From Chiloscyllium plagiosum (taxonomy: Eukaryota), in NCBI RefSeq assembly GCF_004010195.1, contig NC_057719.1:9968170-10032169 (forward strand): DNA of 64,000 nt. The letters run 5' to 3'. The position numbers and the translations under genes were made by a program. Below, in pieces: positions 35,681-49,666 of the stretch. The notes under the pieces are model-generated. The model had not been told where the DNA came from, ran no database searches, and saw only the letters and a list, made by a program, of their open reading frames with translations. Within the stretch, counting starts at the first letter, position 1, and each line of letters starts with the position of its first letter.

Positions 35681-38600
35681 TATTTGGTTCATTCACACAC
35701 CATGTGTTCACTGCATTTGCTTTCCCCAGAAGGTGATATACACACACACACACACACGTGCAAAAGCACCCTGTCTGAAATAATGACAACTTACATTCCT
35801 TTCTTAAAAATTAAGAGAAAATTTCACCTCCCTGCTATTTGAAGAAAATCTCTTTGAAATGCTTGCTGAGTGAGAATGCGGCCAGAAGTCAGTAGAGAGT
35901 GAAAGGTGGGTGCATTTTGCTGTATGCTTAGTTTTGATAACAGGAGGTGGGAGTGAGCTATAAAGTACGGGGTGGGGGGTGGGGGGGGGGGATGTATATG
36001 CATGAACAGCACATGTTCACATCAGGGCCAGGGAAGGCTGGCTCACAATGAAGGAGCTGCAGTATTTCAGGTTACGCTTGGCTAGCTCGCTCCTCCCTTT
36101 TGCAGCTTTCAAAAGCTATTAAGCTTCCAGCTTGTCTGCACCACACTGCCTGGACTTTCCAAGTGAAACAAAACCTGACCCTGCCTCATCTTCTGGGGAT
36201 TGTGGAGTTAATGAGAGTGTATGCTCTCCTGGAGAATGCACGCAACTCCGGAGGGCTTGGATTAATTCTCACTTGTTAGGGGTTTCAATAATCACATGCA
36301 TTGATGAAGATGCAACTTCTTTTATTCTGTTCAGCTTCTTCAGCTCGCAACCCCCAACCCCCACTCTGCGTCCACTTTATTTTTGATTTCTTTGAAATCA
36401 TTTGCAGGAATGTGGGCATCAGTGTGGGCCAGCGTTTATTGCCCATCTCTAGATGCCCCTTGAGAGGGCAGTGGTGGGCTGCATTTGATGCACATGACAT
36501 TAGGGAGGGAGCTCCAGGAATTTCGTAGAATCATAGAATGCCTACAGTGTAGAAAGGGACTATTTGGCCATTGAATCTGCACCAATGCATTATACTGAAT
36601 GGCAGAGCAGGCTAAAGGGCTGAATGGCCTACTGCAGCACCAAGTTTCCATGGTTCCATGTTTTAAACCTACACATGTCACAGCACAGTGCACGAGAAAT
36701 GTTTGACATATTCCTTCAACTGCAATCATTCATTTTTGCTCACACAAAGTCCTGATACTTTGCACCCAACAGCATGATGGGTATATTTTCACTCCCATGG
36801 ACTAAAGCGGACTGAAAGCTGACCTTCAAGGGGCAACTAGGGAGAGGCCACAAATGCCAATCTTCCCAGTGACACCACAGGACCAGAGAGAAAAGCAAGA
36901 TCCGAAAGAGCAGGTGGTGGTCCAACCAAAACAGGATCATGGCTGATCCTCGATCTCAACATCATAATTGCGCATATACTCTGTTCACTTGTCAAACAAA
37001 ACAGTGCAGCAATTTTTGAAACAATCTTTTAAAAATGAGTGGGGTAGTTTTTTCTTTGTTCGTTCATGTGATGAGGGTGTCACTGGCTAGGCCAGCATTC
37101 AATACCCATCCCTAATTGCCCAGAGTTAAAGAGTTAACCACATTGCTGTGGGTCTGGAGTCACATGTCGGCCAGACCAGGTAAGGATGGCAGTTTCCTTC
37201 TCCAAAGGATATTAGTGAACCAGCTGATTTTTTCCTGGCAATCGACAAACTTGTTAAACTCTTAATCCCAGACTTTTCTTGAATTCAAATTTGACAATCT
37301 GTCGTGGCAGGATTCAAACCCAGAACATTACTTGGGGCTCGGGATTGACAGTCCACTAATACCACTAGACCATCACCTCATCCATGTGAGTGTGTATTTA
37401 CTAAAAACAAATTAAACATAAGGGGTTAAAATTAAAATAAGCAGTTTGTTAATAGTGCTATATTGAAGCCAGTGCTTTACAAAACCTTTCACATTTTAAA
37501 AGCAACATTTTAAAAGCAGGAGCCCTAATGGGAATCACTCCCTGGCATCGAGACCTAACGACACCTTGGTGATGAGCAGAGCAATGTTCAAAACAAACAG
37601 GCAATGACTAAATAAATATAACATCTGCGAATATATTCCAACAGCCCTGCAGATGCCTGTGCCCTGAGTGATGGTGCATTTAATGACTTCAGTCCAATCT
37701 CTCCGGGTGCCTTATCAGCTCTGGTCAGCTGCTCTTCAGGCAACTGCTCTTTTGTTCTACTTTCAAAAGGCGAAGAATTGAAAGAATATTTCAATTCAGT
37801 CTCAGATGAACTGCAAAAATAATGTTTTCTTCTTTACAGAAGGCAGGTCATTTTCTTTCTGTGCAGCAGTTGTTTGCTATTTGCTGACATTTTTAAATAC
37901 CTTTTGATTTGCCCATTAATCATAGCTGTGCATTATCTACTTGTTTGCGGATACGACGATTACAATATTTGTTTAAAGTATTATAAAGAACCATGATTCA
38001 CATTGATGCGATTTTTTGCCTGTTTCCCATTTTTTTAAAAAGACGTTTTATTTGTAATGCGTGAATATTACCTTTTATTGTTAATGAGATAAATACCAAT
38101 GAACACATTAGGGGTATTTCCTCGGTAAGCCTTTTACAGAAATCTATCTACAGAATATGGGCATCACTGGCAAAGCATCTATTCCTCGTTACAGAGCAGG
38201 TTGCTACATTGTTTCAGAAGGCAAGTAAGTGTCAACCACATTGGTGTTTGCCTACGGTCTCAGATAGACCTGAATGGGTAAGGACATCAGACATTCTCTT
38301 ATGTCAAGGTAACAAGCAGTGGATCACCATCACAATCTGCTCCACTCAACCCTCCACCTCCATCCCCAACCCGGTCAACCCCAGCATAAAAACCACCATC
38401 TTCCGATCCCTTTCAATTCTGATGAAGATCCAAAACATTGATTGTTTCTCTCTCCACGGATGCTGCCAGACCAGCTGAATTTCTCCACCACTTTCTGTTT
38501 TTACTTCAGATTTCCAGGACCTTACTCTTCTGTCAACATAGCAGATGGCTTCTTCCTGCTCATCATGGTTATCATTGTATTCCAGATTAGTTTCATCATC

Positions 38601-38879
38601 TGAGCTCAAAGCTCCTTCCTGCTGCCATAGTGGGATTTGAACTCATTCCTCACAATCATCAGATTACTGGTCCCGCAACACAATCCATATGTTACCATGC
38701 CTACAGATAGGTCTCATCATGCTCGGAAAGCTTGATAAACATAAAGGAAAGAAAAGGGATACAAGCTATAGATGAAGTCAAGTGAAGTGGGGTTTGGTAG
38801 TTGGATCATGTGGACCATGAATGCCAGCATGGGTTATTTAGCCTGAAGGACCTACTTCTGCGTAACACCCTCAATTTAA

Positions 38880-39192
38880 TGGGTGGCATAGTGGCTCAGT
38901 GGTTAGCACTGCTGCCTCACAGCACCAGGGACCTGGGTTCGATTCCTGCCTCAGGCAACTATCTGTGTGGAGTTTGCACATTCTCCCCGTGTCTGCGTGC
39001 GTTTCCTCCGGGTGCTCTGGTTTCCTCCCACTGTCCAAAGATATGCATGCTAAATTTCCCGTAGTGTTAGGTACATTAGTTAGGGGTAAATATAGGGTAG
39101 GGGAATGAGTCTGGGTGGGTTACTCTTCAGAGTGTCAGTGTGGACTTGTTATCCGAAGGGCCTGTTTCCATACTGTAGGGAATCTAATCTAA
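38880..39192 (+). mobile_element. HE1-type V-SINE
   Basis: gggtggcatagtggctcagtggttagcactg...ctgtagggaatctaatctaa. Confidence 0.9.
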
Positions 39193-39504
39193 TTGGAAGC
39201 AGGTGAATGAACACACACACAGCTGACACTAATAGACTAGAAGAGAAATACTGTGGAGACTGGAAATCTGAAACAAACCCACAGAATGCTGGAGAAACTC
39301 AGCAGGTCTGGCAGCATCTGAGGCAACAGAAACAGAGATAACGTTTCAAGTCCATAATGTCTCTCCTTTTTCTGCCTCACATTTTGTCTCAATATTTTCA
39401 GTCAATCTCTTTAGGACAGTTTATATCATTCACTATCAGAATGCATGTATTCAAACCAAGCACATTTGTGGAAGAAAGCTCACAAAAGTATCTACCTTGT
39501 AGCA

Positions 39505-39972
39505 ATAGGCTCCCTACAGTGTAGAAGCAGGTCATTCTGCCCATACCAACCTTCCAAACAGCACCTCATCCAGACCCAAACCTCCCCCTGTAACTCCACA
39601 TTTCCCATGGCTAATCCACCTAGCCTGCACATCCCTAAACACTACTGGCAATTTAGATTAGATTGCCTACAGTGTGGAAAGAGGCCATTTGGCCCAATAA
39701 GTCCATACCACCCCTGCAAAGAGTGAATCACCCAGACCCATTCCCCTACATTTATCCCTGCCTAATGCACCTAACACTATGGACAATTTAGCATGGCCAA
39801 TTCACCTAACCTGCATATCTTCAGACTGTGGGAGGAAACTGGAGCACCCAGAGTAAACCCACACAGACACGAGGAGCATATCCAAATTTCACACTGTCAC
39901 CCGACGGTGGAATTGAACCCAGATCCCGAGTGCTGTGAGGCTGCAGTGCTAACCACTGAGCCACCCTGCCAC
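39505..39972 (-). mobile_element. Two stacked HE1 copies (partial + full); further partial copy ~40655-40812
   Basis: Two cctacagtgt tails, at ~39512 and ~39666. Confidence 0.85.
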
Positions 39973-40829
39973 TCACAACAATCAGACATTTCATATAATT
40001 TGACAAGATGTGTAAATAATTAGTCGTGCAAGATGTGTAAATAATTAGTAGTGCTTTTTATACATTTGAGATGATGTTTAAAAAAAAGTAATGTGCAGAT
40101 TATAATATTGCTGAATGAGAGAGACATTTCACTAATTGTTTTCAGCGTGCACCCATCAGGACAAATACATGAATACAGAATTTGAAATAATCACCACAGT
40201 TTAGTTCTGTTGCTCCGTTATACCAAGGTTCAAATATTTCCTGTGTCAGGAAATCACTTGCATGTTGTATCTCAGTTACAGCAGTGAGTAGGAGTCCGTC
40301 CGGGATTCTAACAGACTCTCAACACTCCTTACAATACACCACCATATCCATTATTTTTAAAGGAGACCGTCCCATTTTAAAATCAATTAATTCGCACCTG
40401 AATCAATACTTGAAACATGCATATAGCAGTCATCTGCCGAAATCACTAACAGTGTAGTTGCTTGTCAATTCCGCTATGAGAATTCACAAGGCCAATACCA
40501 AAGGAATAACAAATTTAATTTTCTTAAACCCTCTTTAACAGGGGAATTTCCTAACACTTTGTCCTATGCACTACTGACAGTTTGGCAGAAGACACACACT
40601 TAATAAGGACTGCAGAAACCCACATTTCGACTAGGTAGGTGAAAGTTTGGGAGTAATCATAGAATCCTCACAGTGTGGAAACAGGCCATTTGGACCATTG
40701 AATCACACTAACCCCTACTCTAACCCTGTAACCCTGCATTTCCCAAGGCTAACCCACCTCGCCTGCATGCCCCTGGACACTACAGGGCAATTTAGCATGG
40801 CCAACCCACGCAACAAATGAATGAGGACC

Positions 40830-42110
40830 AAGAAGAAGGCTTAAAGCATCAGATCAGTCAGAAAATATACTCTTTGATCACAAGAAGAAACCTGATCAGT
40901 GATACCCCCCAAGGACTGGGACAAATTCAGCAAAAGAGAACTAAACAGATAATAAATTGAACAAACATAATCTGTGAGGACAAACTCGCAAGGAACATCA
41001 AAACTGACAAAAAGAGATTCCTCAAATATAAAAAACGAAGAGAGAGGTCAAGTGAACTCAGGCCCCTTAGAAACTGAATCCAGGGAGATCGCTATGGAGT
41101 TGGCAGAGGAGTTAAATAGATAGTTTGCATTAGTCTTTATGGTGGAAGATACTTCAAGCATCCCATTATTCTAAAGAGTATGGAGACAAACTTAAGCAAC
41201 CAGCGAATGGGTTACAAACAGTTTACAGTAAGATATTGATAGGTTAATCAAGTGGGCAACAGTGAATTTGTTCATTTTGGAAGGGAGAACAGAGTATTGT
41301 TTAAATGGATACAAAACTGCAGAAAGCTGCAACACATTGGCACTGGAGGCACTTCTGCAGAAAATGCTGGATACAAAACTGCAGAAAGCTGCAACACATT
41401 GGCACTGGAGGCACTTCTGCAGAAAATGCAGAAAGCTAGCGAACTGGTGCAGTGGGTCATCAGGAAGGCTAATGGAATGTTGGTCCTTATTTCAAACAGG
41501 TTGGAGTGTAAGGGTAGGGTTATTACACAGTTATTACAACTGTGCAAGGTGCTGATGATTCCACATCTGGGGTACTGTGACAAGTTTTGGTCTCCTTATT
41601 TAAGGAAAGATATCATTTCATTGCAGGCAGTTCAGAGAAGGTTCATTAGGACGATCCCTGGTATGGAGGGACTGACTTATGCACAAAAAATAAACAAGTT
41701 GGGGCTCACTGGAGTTTAGAAGAATGAGAGGTGATGTCATTGAAATATATTAAATTCTTAATGAGCATGACAGGTAAAATGCTGAGAGGATACTTTCCTC
41801 ATGGGAAAATATGGGAGCCGAGGGCATAGTTTGAGAACAAAGGGACCCAATTAAAGACTGAGATGAGGAAGAATTTCTTTTCTCTGGAAGTTGAGATTCT
41901 TTAGAACTCCTTGCCACAGTAAGTTGTGAGAGCCGAGTCCTTTTGTATATTTAAGGCTGAGATAGATTCTTGATCAATAGGTGAATCAAGAGTTATGGGG
42001 AAAGGGTAGGAAAGTGAATGTGAGGAGTTTGAGATCAGTCATAATCCTATTGAATGGCGGCGTAGGCTCGAAGGGCCAAACAGCCTTCTTCTGTATTTCT
42101 TCTGATCTTA
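40830..42110 (+). mobile_element. Internally deleted CR1 with 62-bp tandem duplication (41306-41429)
   Basis: IRKANGML...PHLGYC...WSPYLRKDIISLQAVQRRF; CR1 3' UTR. Confidence 0.85.
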
Positions 42111-42929
42111 ACTGAGCACTTCTTGAATAACTGACACAATGAGAAAATAATTACATTTTATTTTGTTACAAAAGGAAGCAGCTTATTTTCTCTCAAATAA
42201 TTGCATTGCTGATTTTTATCTCTTAATTGCAATTTTACAAGCAACAGGAAGATGAATGATTTTCAAACATTTGGCAGCCAATACCCTTGCTTTCCATTGT
42301 GAGGTAGCCTTACATTGCAATATAAAGAAGGACATATATCCAGTGATTTGAGAAAAACATATATTTTGAAAAGTAGAACATTTTACATTCTTTTCCCAGT
42401 GTTATCAGCTCCGTTAATAATTCATTTTTTGGTTCTAACGAGCAGTAACAAAATGTGCTTTATATCTCCAGGATGATTGAACAACGTTACATTTGTTTGG
42501 CTTCTGACCAATACTTAAATATTTTGGAAATCAGCAAATGTTTTTTAAGAATTGCTTCCTGAACATTGTACAAGGTCATCTGGGTTCTCAAGAGTGTAAT
42601 TAAGAACGTTAATGAACCATTGCTCAAAAAATATATATTTTTCATCGAAGGGGGAGCAACATTTTATATTGCATGAGAAGAGAGTGATGACTGATTGATA
42701 GATAAACAATTTGATTGAGGAGTTGCCATGGTGGATGCAACAGAAGAAACCAAGTTTTGTTTAAATTTAAACCATGCAGGTCAGCTTCGATCACTCAGTG
42801 CATTATCTTGAGCAATGAACTAGCGAATGGCTGTCACCAATTTGTCAAATTGAAACAGGAGCAATATTGCAGACAGAATAAACACACCTGTTTCAGCTTC
42901 ACAAAACACACTACAGCTATTCTCTAATT

Positions 42930-43180
42930 CATTCCTCAGAGTAATGCCTTGGTCAATCCGAGTCAACCTGCTTGGTTTAAACTGAAATAAAGTTTGGCAG
43001 TTAATTGTCAGTCATGAATTCTTCATAACAAGGCCTCTACCAATCACAGTCCATTCACCAGCCAATCAGCATGCTCTTCTCATACAGTATGAAATGGTCT
43101 CCATTGTATTCTTGCAAATGGGTCCTGATGAATGAAAGGTTTCAACAAATCTATCTTTTTTCAACAATAATCAAATTTTG
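42930..43180 (+). mobile_element. Possible old PLE terminus (family E) with broken hammerhead core; partial reverse copy ~40095-40200
   Basis: gtcctgatgaatgaaag at ~43122; reverse gtcctgatgggtgcacgctgaaaa at ~40140-40162. Confidence 0.4.
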
Positions 43181-45374
43181 TAGTACCAATTATTTAATGA
43201 GACACTGCTGAGCACCATGTTATTGAACCTAAAGCCAAATTCCCAGTGTTTCAAGTATTACCTGACAAATACCTCTCATCTCTGTATTGTTCTTGCCCTG
43301 AAGAAACTTACTGAGCAGATTTACTTTAACAGTGCCTTGGAATGTAAATAACAGAGTGGTTAGCTCAGAAAAAGGAGGAGAAAATAAAGCTTGTGCCACT
43401 GGAATCCATTACATTATAAGAAAGGGTCCCTTTGAAATTTGAGTTCAAATTTGAACAGGTGGTATTTCAATCCATATCTATCTGATCCATAGAGAAATGT
43501 AGTGTTAAATGAGCCACTAGATACAAGCCAGCTAATTTGCAGAATTGCACAGAACATACAGCATGGAAGCAACCCATTTGAACCAACTGCTCCTTGCCAG
43601 ATTTTATGCTCTTCACACTTCCAGATCTCACATTCTATCAGCATAACTTTCTATTTATTAATCCCTTGTGTATTCAACTAGAATCCCTTAACTGCATCAG
43701 TATAAGGAGTCTGCATGATTTGTGAAGGGAATATGGTCAATATTTTTCTGCTCAGTGCTTTTTATACTCTGTTAAAACGTGCACACTGGAACCAACTAAT
43801 CAGGAAAAATATTCAAGACTCCAGCTAATTCTGCCAGATGTCTACAAAATCTCTGCAGCTGCTTTATTTCCTATTTCATATTCAAATTTTACCTCTGAAG
43901 TCCACACGTATTAAACAATGTCTGATTTGCAATTACACCCTGAATGATAGTGATCATACATTTTATGGGCATTACCCTCGACATAAGGAAAGCTCTGCGA
44001 GCTTTACTTAACAGTTTCTTGCTTTGGTCGGGACTGTGAAGGAATCAGCAGATTGAGTCAAATGTGGTCTTGTCCTTGCAGCAGGTGACTCTCGATCCCA
44101 GAATCTCTCTGGAGCTAGACTCGGAGCTAATGCTCATTTCCCCAAAGCAATGTGGCTGGGGAATAGCAATAATCATCAATGATACTTGACTTTGTGAAGC
44201 TGCCAAGGATGCTTACTGCAAAAGATCAAGCATTTGGAGAAATTAGTCATCAGTGGCCTTCGGGTGAATATTACATGCTCATCTCCAAAAACAAACTTGA
44301 CTCTCAATGACTTGGCAAGGAAATTCTGCGAAAATACATTTCTTTGGAAATCCCACTTCAGGCTGGACAATAACTGCTGATCTTGTGAATGAAACCAGAC
44401 AATATGTATCATGTCGCAGAATGGCTCATGCAATAACATCTTGCACCTGAAGCCGAACAGAATAGACTTTGCAGCAATTAATACTCCACAGAGTCTTTGA
44501 GCTCTGGAAAAGTTATATTCAGACACATTATGTCACCTCCTGACAGAATATACTGGATGATTGCAGCTCTGTGCACCTGGAACTACAAATAATTGTAAAC
44601 AAGACACTTTTTTGGGGAAAGAAATGTTCCAAACTCGTTTTTGCAGTCTGATGCCACTATGTGAGTACTCAGACTGCAGACAAACAAAATTCAAGAGCTG
44701 GCTGTACTCCAACCTGTTAGAAGCACCTATGTTTGATCGCAGATTATGGCAAGATCAATATTACAGTTGTCATTGGTTGTCACAGTGCCTGGATTTCAGC
44801 ATTCTATCGCACATAGTTTCAGATAACAATCATTAATATTTACAAGTAGAAGCTCAGTGCATACTCAATCAATACAAGTCACTTAGTATGATTAAACAGG
44901 TTGCAAGATGTGAGACCTAATGCGAATAATGAACTCAAAACGCACAAGCACATTGACGGGTTCTACATTAACCAATATGATGTGTCAGCCATGCTTTCGT
45001 TGAATCCTCAGAATTGGAAGGGTGTGATTTCAAGTAATAAAGGAAGACATTATCCTCAGTGCCCTGATCAATATTTATAATTTTTTTTTCACAAACGTCA
45101 CAAAAGCATCGAGAGTGAACATTTCCAGGATCTTTTACCTGCATTACAACAGGGACAGTGAAGCGAGTTTTCAATGCTGAGTCTCGTATTAATTTTAAAT
45201 GCCTATCTCATACCCAAACTCTCTTTCCCGCGATGCTATTATTAAAAGCCAAACTAGCTCAACTGGCCAGACAGTGACAGCAGAATATAGTTAGAGGCTG
45301 GAGCTGTCTGTCAGATGCCAGCTATGAATGAAGGCAACTGCCATGTTGGGGACTGCCACTGCCTTGCCACTTCT

Positions 45375-46250
45375 GCAGGCAGTTATACAACACGGGAACA
45401 ACCTTTCCATGCCAACAGGTTTCCTAAACTGAACTAGTCCCATTTGCTTGTGTTTGGCCCATATACCTCTCAACCTTTTCCTATTCATGTACCTATTCAA
45501 ATGTCTATTCAATATTGTAATTATACCGACCTCTACCACTTCCTCTGGCAGCTCGTTCCATACATGCACCCCTCTGTGTGAACAAGTTACCCCTCGGTCC
45601 ATTTGAAATCTTTCCCCTCTCACCTTAAACCTACGCTTCTGGTTTTGGACTCTCCTATCCAGGGGAAAAGACCTTGACTATTCACCTTATCTATGCCTCT
45701 CATGATTTTATAAACCTCTATAAAGTCACCCCTCAGCCTCTTACACTCCAGGGAAAGAAAAAAGCTGATCTTTTAGGGAAAAACAGATTCCCCAAGTTAG
45801 AGAATTAGAATCCCTGCAGGCCCTTCAGCCCAACAAATTTAAACCAACCCTCTGAAGAGTAGCCCACCCAGTCCCATTCCCCCCACACTATTATCCTGTA
45901 TTTATCCCTGACTAATGCACCTAGCCTACACATCTCTGAACACTATGGGCAATTTAGCATGGCCAATTCACCTAACCTGCGTTTCGTTGGATTGTGAGAG
46001 GAAATTGGAGCACCCAGAGGAAACCACGCAGACACGGGGGCGACTGTGCAAACTCCACACAGACAGTCATCCAAGGCTGGAATCAAACTCAGGTCCCTCG
46101 CACTGTGAGGCAACTGTGCTAACCACAAAGTCACTGTACCGCCTTGGCAACATTCTGGTAAACCTTTTCTGCACCCTCTCCAATTAAATAACATCCTTCC
46201 AATAGCAGGGTGAACATAAATGTATGCAGTACCCCAAATGTGGCCTTAAT
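45375..46250 (-). mobile_element. HER1/CR1 3' fragment with nested HE1 (~45800-46142)
   Basis: VWNELPEEVVE on minus; HE1 body. Confidence 0.85.
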
Positions 46251-46357
46251 CCTTGAGGTAGAAGGGGCCATGAATGAGAAGGATAGGAGCAGTACTCCCC
46301 ACTGGCACCCACTGGTTGATTTATATGAAGTGATTTTCCTAGGCCATATAAAAAACC

Positions 46358-46569
46358 GCCAAGGATATATTTCCCTCCCCACCCCTATCAGCGTTCCGGA
46401 AAGACCACTCCCTCCGCGACTCCCTCATCAGATCCACACCCCCCACCAACCCAACCTCCACTTCCGGCACCTTCCCCTGCAACCGCAAGAAATGCAAAAC
46501 TTGCGCCCACACCTCCCCCCTCATTTCCCTCCAAGGCCCCAAGGGATCCTTCCATATCCGTCACAAATT
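46358..46569 (+). mobile_element. PLE ORF fragment (linker/Zn finger)
   Basis: KDIFPSPPLSAFRKDHSLRDSLIRS...GTFPCNRKKCKTCAHTS; homologous to 100-366. Confidence 0.85.
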
Positions 46570-46570
46570 A

Positions 46571-46980
46571 ACAGGAGAATCGACGTTTCGGGCATAAGCC
46601 CTTCTTCGGGAATGAGGAGGGTGTGCCAAGCAGGCTAAGATAAAAGGTAGGGAGGAGAGACTTGGGGGAGGGGTGTTGGGAATGCGATAGGTGGAAGACC
46701 TGCAATCTTCTTCCCAACCTCTCCACCCCCACCCCCTCTCCGGCATATCACCGTCACCTTAACCTCCTTCCACCTATCGTAATCCCAACGCCCCTCCCCC
46801 AAGTTCCTCCTCCCTACCTTTTATCTTAGCCTGCTTGGCACACCCTCCTCATTCCCGAAGAAGGGCTTATGCCCGAAACGTCGATTCTCCTGTTCCTTTG
46901 ATGCTGCCTGACCTGCTGCGCTTTTCCAGCAACACATTTTTAAGCTCTGATCTCCAGCATCTGCAGTCCTCACTTTCTCC
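46571..46980 (+). mobile_element. PLE family A long palindromic terminus (~125-bp arms)
   Basis: 46571-46697 is the reverse complement of ~46767-46893; tail follows. Confidence 0.9.
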
Positions 46981-47224
46981 CATATAAAAAACATGACAGC
47001 TTATGTGAAAATGCCTAACAGTGCTCAGGCTTTCCAGTAAGACATTCCAGAAATTCCAGTGACAAGCTGTTCGAGTCTTAACAAGCTCATTAGTTGTTAG
47101 TAAACTTCAAGATATCTGACTCACTATGAACCTGACTCTCTGTGGCATATATTATATGTGGGATAACATACAGAAATCACAAAATTTCCCTTGTTCATTT
47201 TACTCTTCCTGCCCTAATTTGACA

Positions 47225-47730
47225 ATATGTTTGAATACTGCGGCCAATTCTGCCCACCCTGCTCTGGGAAAGATGTTGTGAAATTTGAAAGGGTTCAGAA
47301 AAGATCCACAAGGATATTGTTGGGATTGGAGGTTTTGAGCTACAGGGAGAGGCTGAATAGGCTGCAGCGACACAGGCTGAGGGGTGACCTTACAGAGGTT
47401 TATAAAATGATGAGGGACATGGATAGGGTAAATAGCCAAGGTCTTTTCCCCAGGAGTCCAAATCTAGAGGGCATAGGTTTAAAGTGAGAGGGAAAAGATT
47501 TAAAAGGGACCTGAGGGCCAACTTTTCCATGCAGAGGGTGGTGTGTGTATGGAATGAGCTGCCAGAGGAAGTGGTGGAAGCTGGTGCAATTACAACATTT
47601 AAAAGGCACTTGGATGGGAACATGAATAGAAAGGGTTTATAGGGAAATGGGACTAGACTATTTCAGGATATCTGTTCGGCATGGATGTGTTGCACTGAAG
47701 GGCCTGTTTTCATGCTGTGTAACTCTAGGA
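47225..47730 (+). mobile_element. HER1/CR1 3' fragment (short 3' end also 48415-48545)
   Basis: DVVKFERVQKR...RLRGDLTEVYKMMR. Confidence 0.85.
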
Positions 47731-47848
47731 ATATTTGACTCTATAATTCACTCTACAAAAATAGACCAAAGAATGTGGGTGCTAGAAATCAGAAACTGAA
47801 ACAGGAATTGTTATAAAAACTCAGCAGGTCCGGCAGTATCTGAGGACA

Positions 47849-48041
47849 TGATGTGGAGGTGCCGGTGTTGGACTGGGGTGGACAAAGTTAAAAATCATGC
47901 AACACCAGGTTATAGTCCAACAGGTTTATTTGGAAGTACTAACTTTCGAAGCACTGCTCCCGGATGAAAGAGCAGAGCTCCGAAAGTTAGTACCTCCAAA
48001 TAAACCTGTTGGACTATAACCTGGTATTGTATGATTTTTAA
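47849..48041 (-). mobile_element. PLE family C hairpin nested in a family D arm
   Basis: Tail on the left, inverted arms; the host cagtatctg...gga sequence is repeated on both sides. Confidence 0.85.
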
Positions 48042-49319
48042 CAGTTATCTGTGGAGACAAAACAGAGAAAGCGTTTCAGGTCCAGTGACCCTTCCTTACT
48101 CTCCATTTTGCTCAGTTCCTCTGTTTATTTCTCAATTCTTGCATCTCATTGATAAGGAGCTAGACTGCTTGTCTGACCATTCTTTGAAATCCCAAATCCC
48201 CCCTTGCCCTTGTCCTGTTGCTCTTACCTCATAATTCCAGCAAGTACAACACAAAACTGACTGGCTTTAAAGTGGACAAGGAAAAGTCTAACTGCCATAA
48301 CATGCCATAAGATACATCATTCCAACACAACTTGGTCTAACATCATTACAAAACCCTGTGATGGCAACTGAAGCAAAAAGACATGTGAAGAGAAAATTAA
48401 TGAAGCAAGAGACGTTAATAGGAAGGGTTTAGAGGGATGTGGGCCACATGCAGGCAAATGGGACTAGTTCAGTTTGGGAAACTTGGTCGGCATTCACAAG
48501 TTGGACCGAAGGGTCTGTTTCCATGCTGTATGACTCAATAACTCTAAGTGGTTTCGTGTCTTGCAAGCACTGCCTGAGCATGTGGTTTTGTAAAAATGAA
48601 CAATGTGCTCAGTTACAGAGAGAATACAAGAGAATAATACTCGATGAATTGCTTGTTTGGAGAACAGAGGCAGACTGGATGGGCAAATTAACGTCCATCT
48701 GAACAATCTGCAACATGGAAAAATGGTCTATCGTTAAATCTACTGTAAAGATTGCAGCAAGGGCAAACGATCATACCAACAATATTCCTGTCATAAAGGA
48801 ACCAAAATGTGAAAAAGGCAGAAATTATTACAGGTTATAAAGTTGGAAAAGAAGTCATTACAAAGTAAATGAATCGTTCTTGATGATACAAAGTTATTAC
48901 CTAACCAAATTTCCTTCTACAATTGATGTCAAAGTTATTAAAAAGGAGACATTTAACAGTAAGTATGTATTTCAGCAACACAAAATATCCATGATGATAC
49001 TGAAGTGGAAATGCAAAGAGGTGCATGTTAAAGCTCAATATAGTTGTGATTATCAATTTATTGTATGTGCTATAATGGACTATTTATTCATAATGTGCCA
49101 TTCATTCAATTTAATTGAAAAGGCAAATTTACGTTGTGGAAATTTGACAGCACTTTTTCCAAATGCATCAGAAAAATAAATAGTCCAGAACCAGAATTCT
49201 AATTTCTTCTTAAATAACAAATGTTTAACATATTTTGAAAATTAACATAAAACAGAACATCATTATCCAGCAATTTCAAGAATGCATCCTATTTAAACTT
49301 ACTGTAATATATTGAAGTC

Positions 49320-49666
49320 CTAGAATCCCTACAGTGTGGAAGCAGGCCATTCAGCCCTTTGAGTCCACACTGACCCTCTGAAGAGCACCCCATCCAGACC
49401 CATCCTGTGACCCAGCATTTCCCATGGCTAATCCACCCAGCCTGCACACTGGGCAATTTAGAATGGCCAATCCACCCTAACCTGCACATCTTTGGACTGT
49501 GGGAGGAAACCCCTAACCTGCACATCTTTGGACTGTGGGAGGAAACCTCCGCAGACACGGGGAGAATGTGCGAACTCCACACAGACAGTCACCCAAGGCT
49601 GGAATTGAACCTGAGTCTCTGGCACTGTGAGGCAGTGGTGCTGATCACTGGGTTATTGTGCCACCC
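49320..49666 (-). mobile_element. HE1 with 36-bp internal tandem duplication (49475-49546)
   Basis: ccctaacctgcacatctttggactgtgggaggaaac x2. Confidence 0.9.

Noticed and set aside
37588..37810. Minus ORF after a tttttgcag acceptor-like site
   Set aside because: No donor, unrecognised peptide, and short enough to be chance
38880..38950. tRNA-like sequences with A/B boxes and recurrent MAQWLALLPHS ORFs
   Set aside because: These are HE1 SINE heads, not tRNA genes or proteins
44176..44526. 116-aa ORF
   Set aside because: No recognisable domain; the plus strand shows faint ancient RT-like residues, too weak to call
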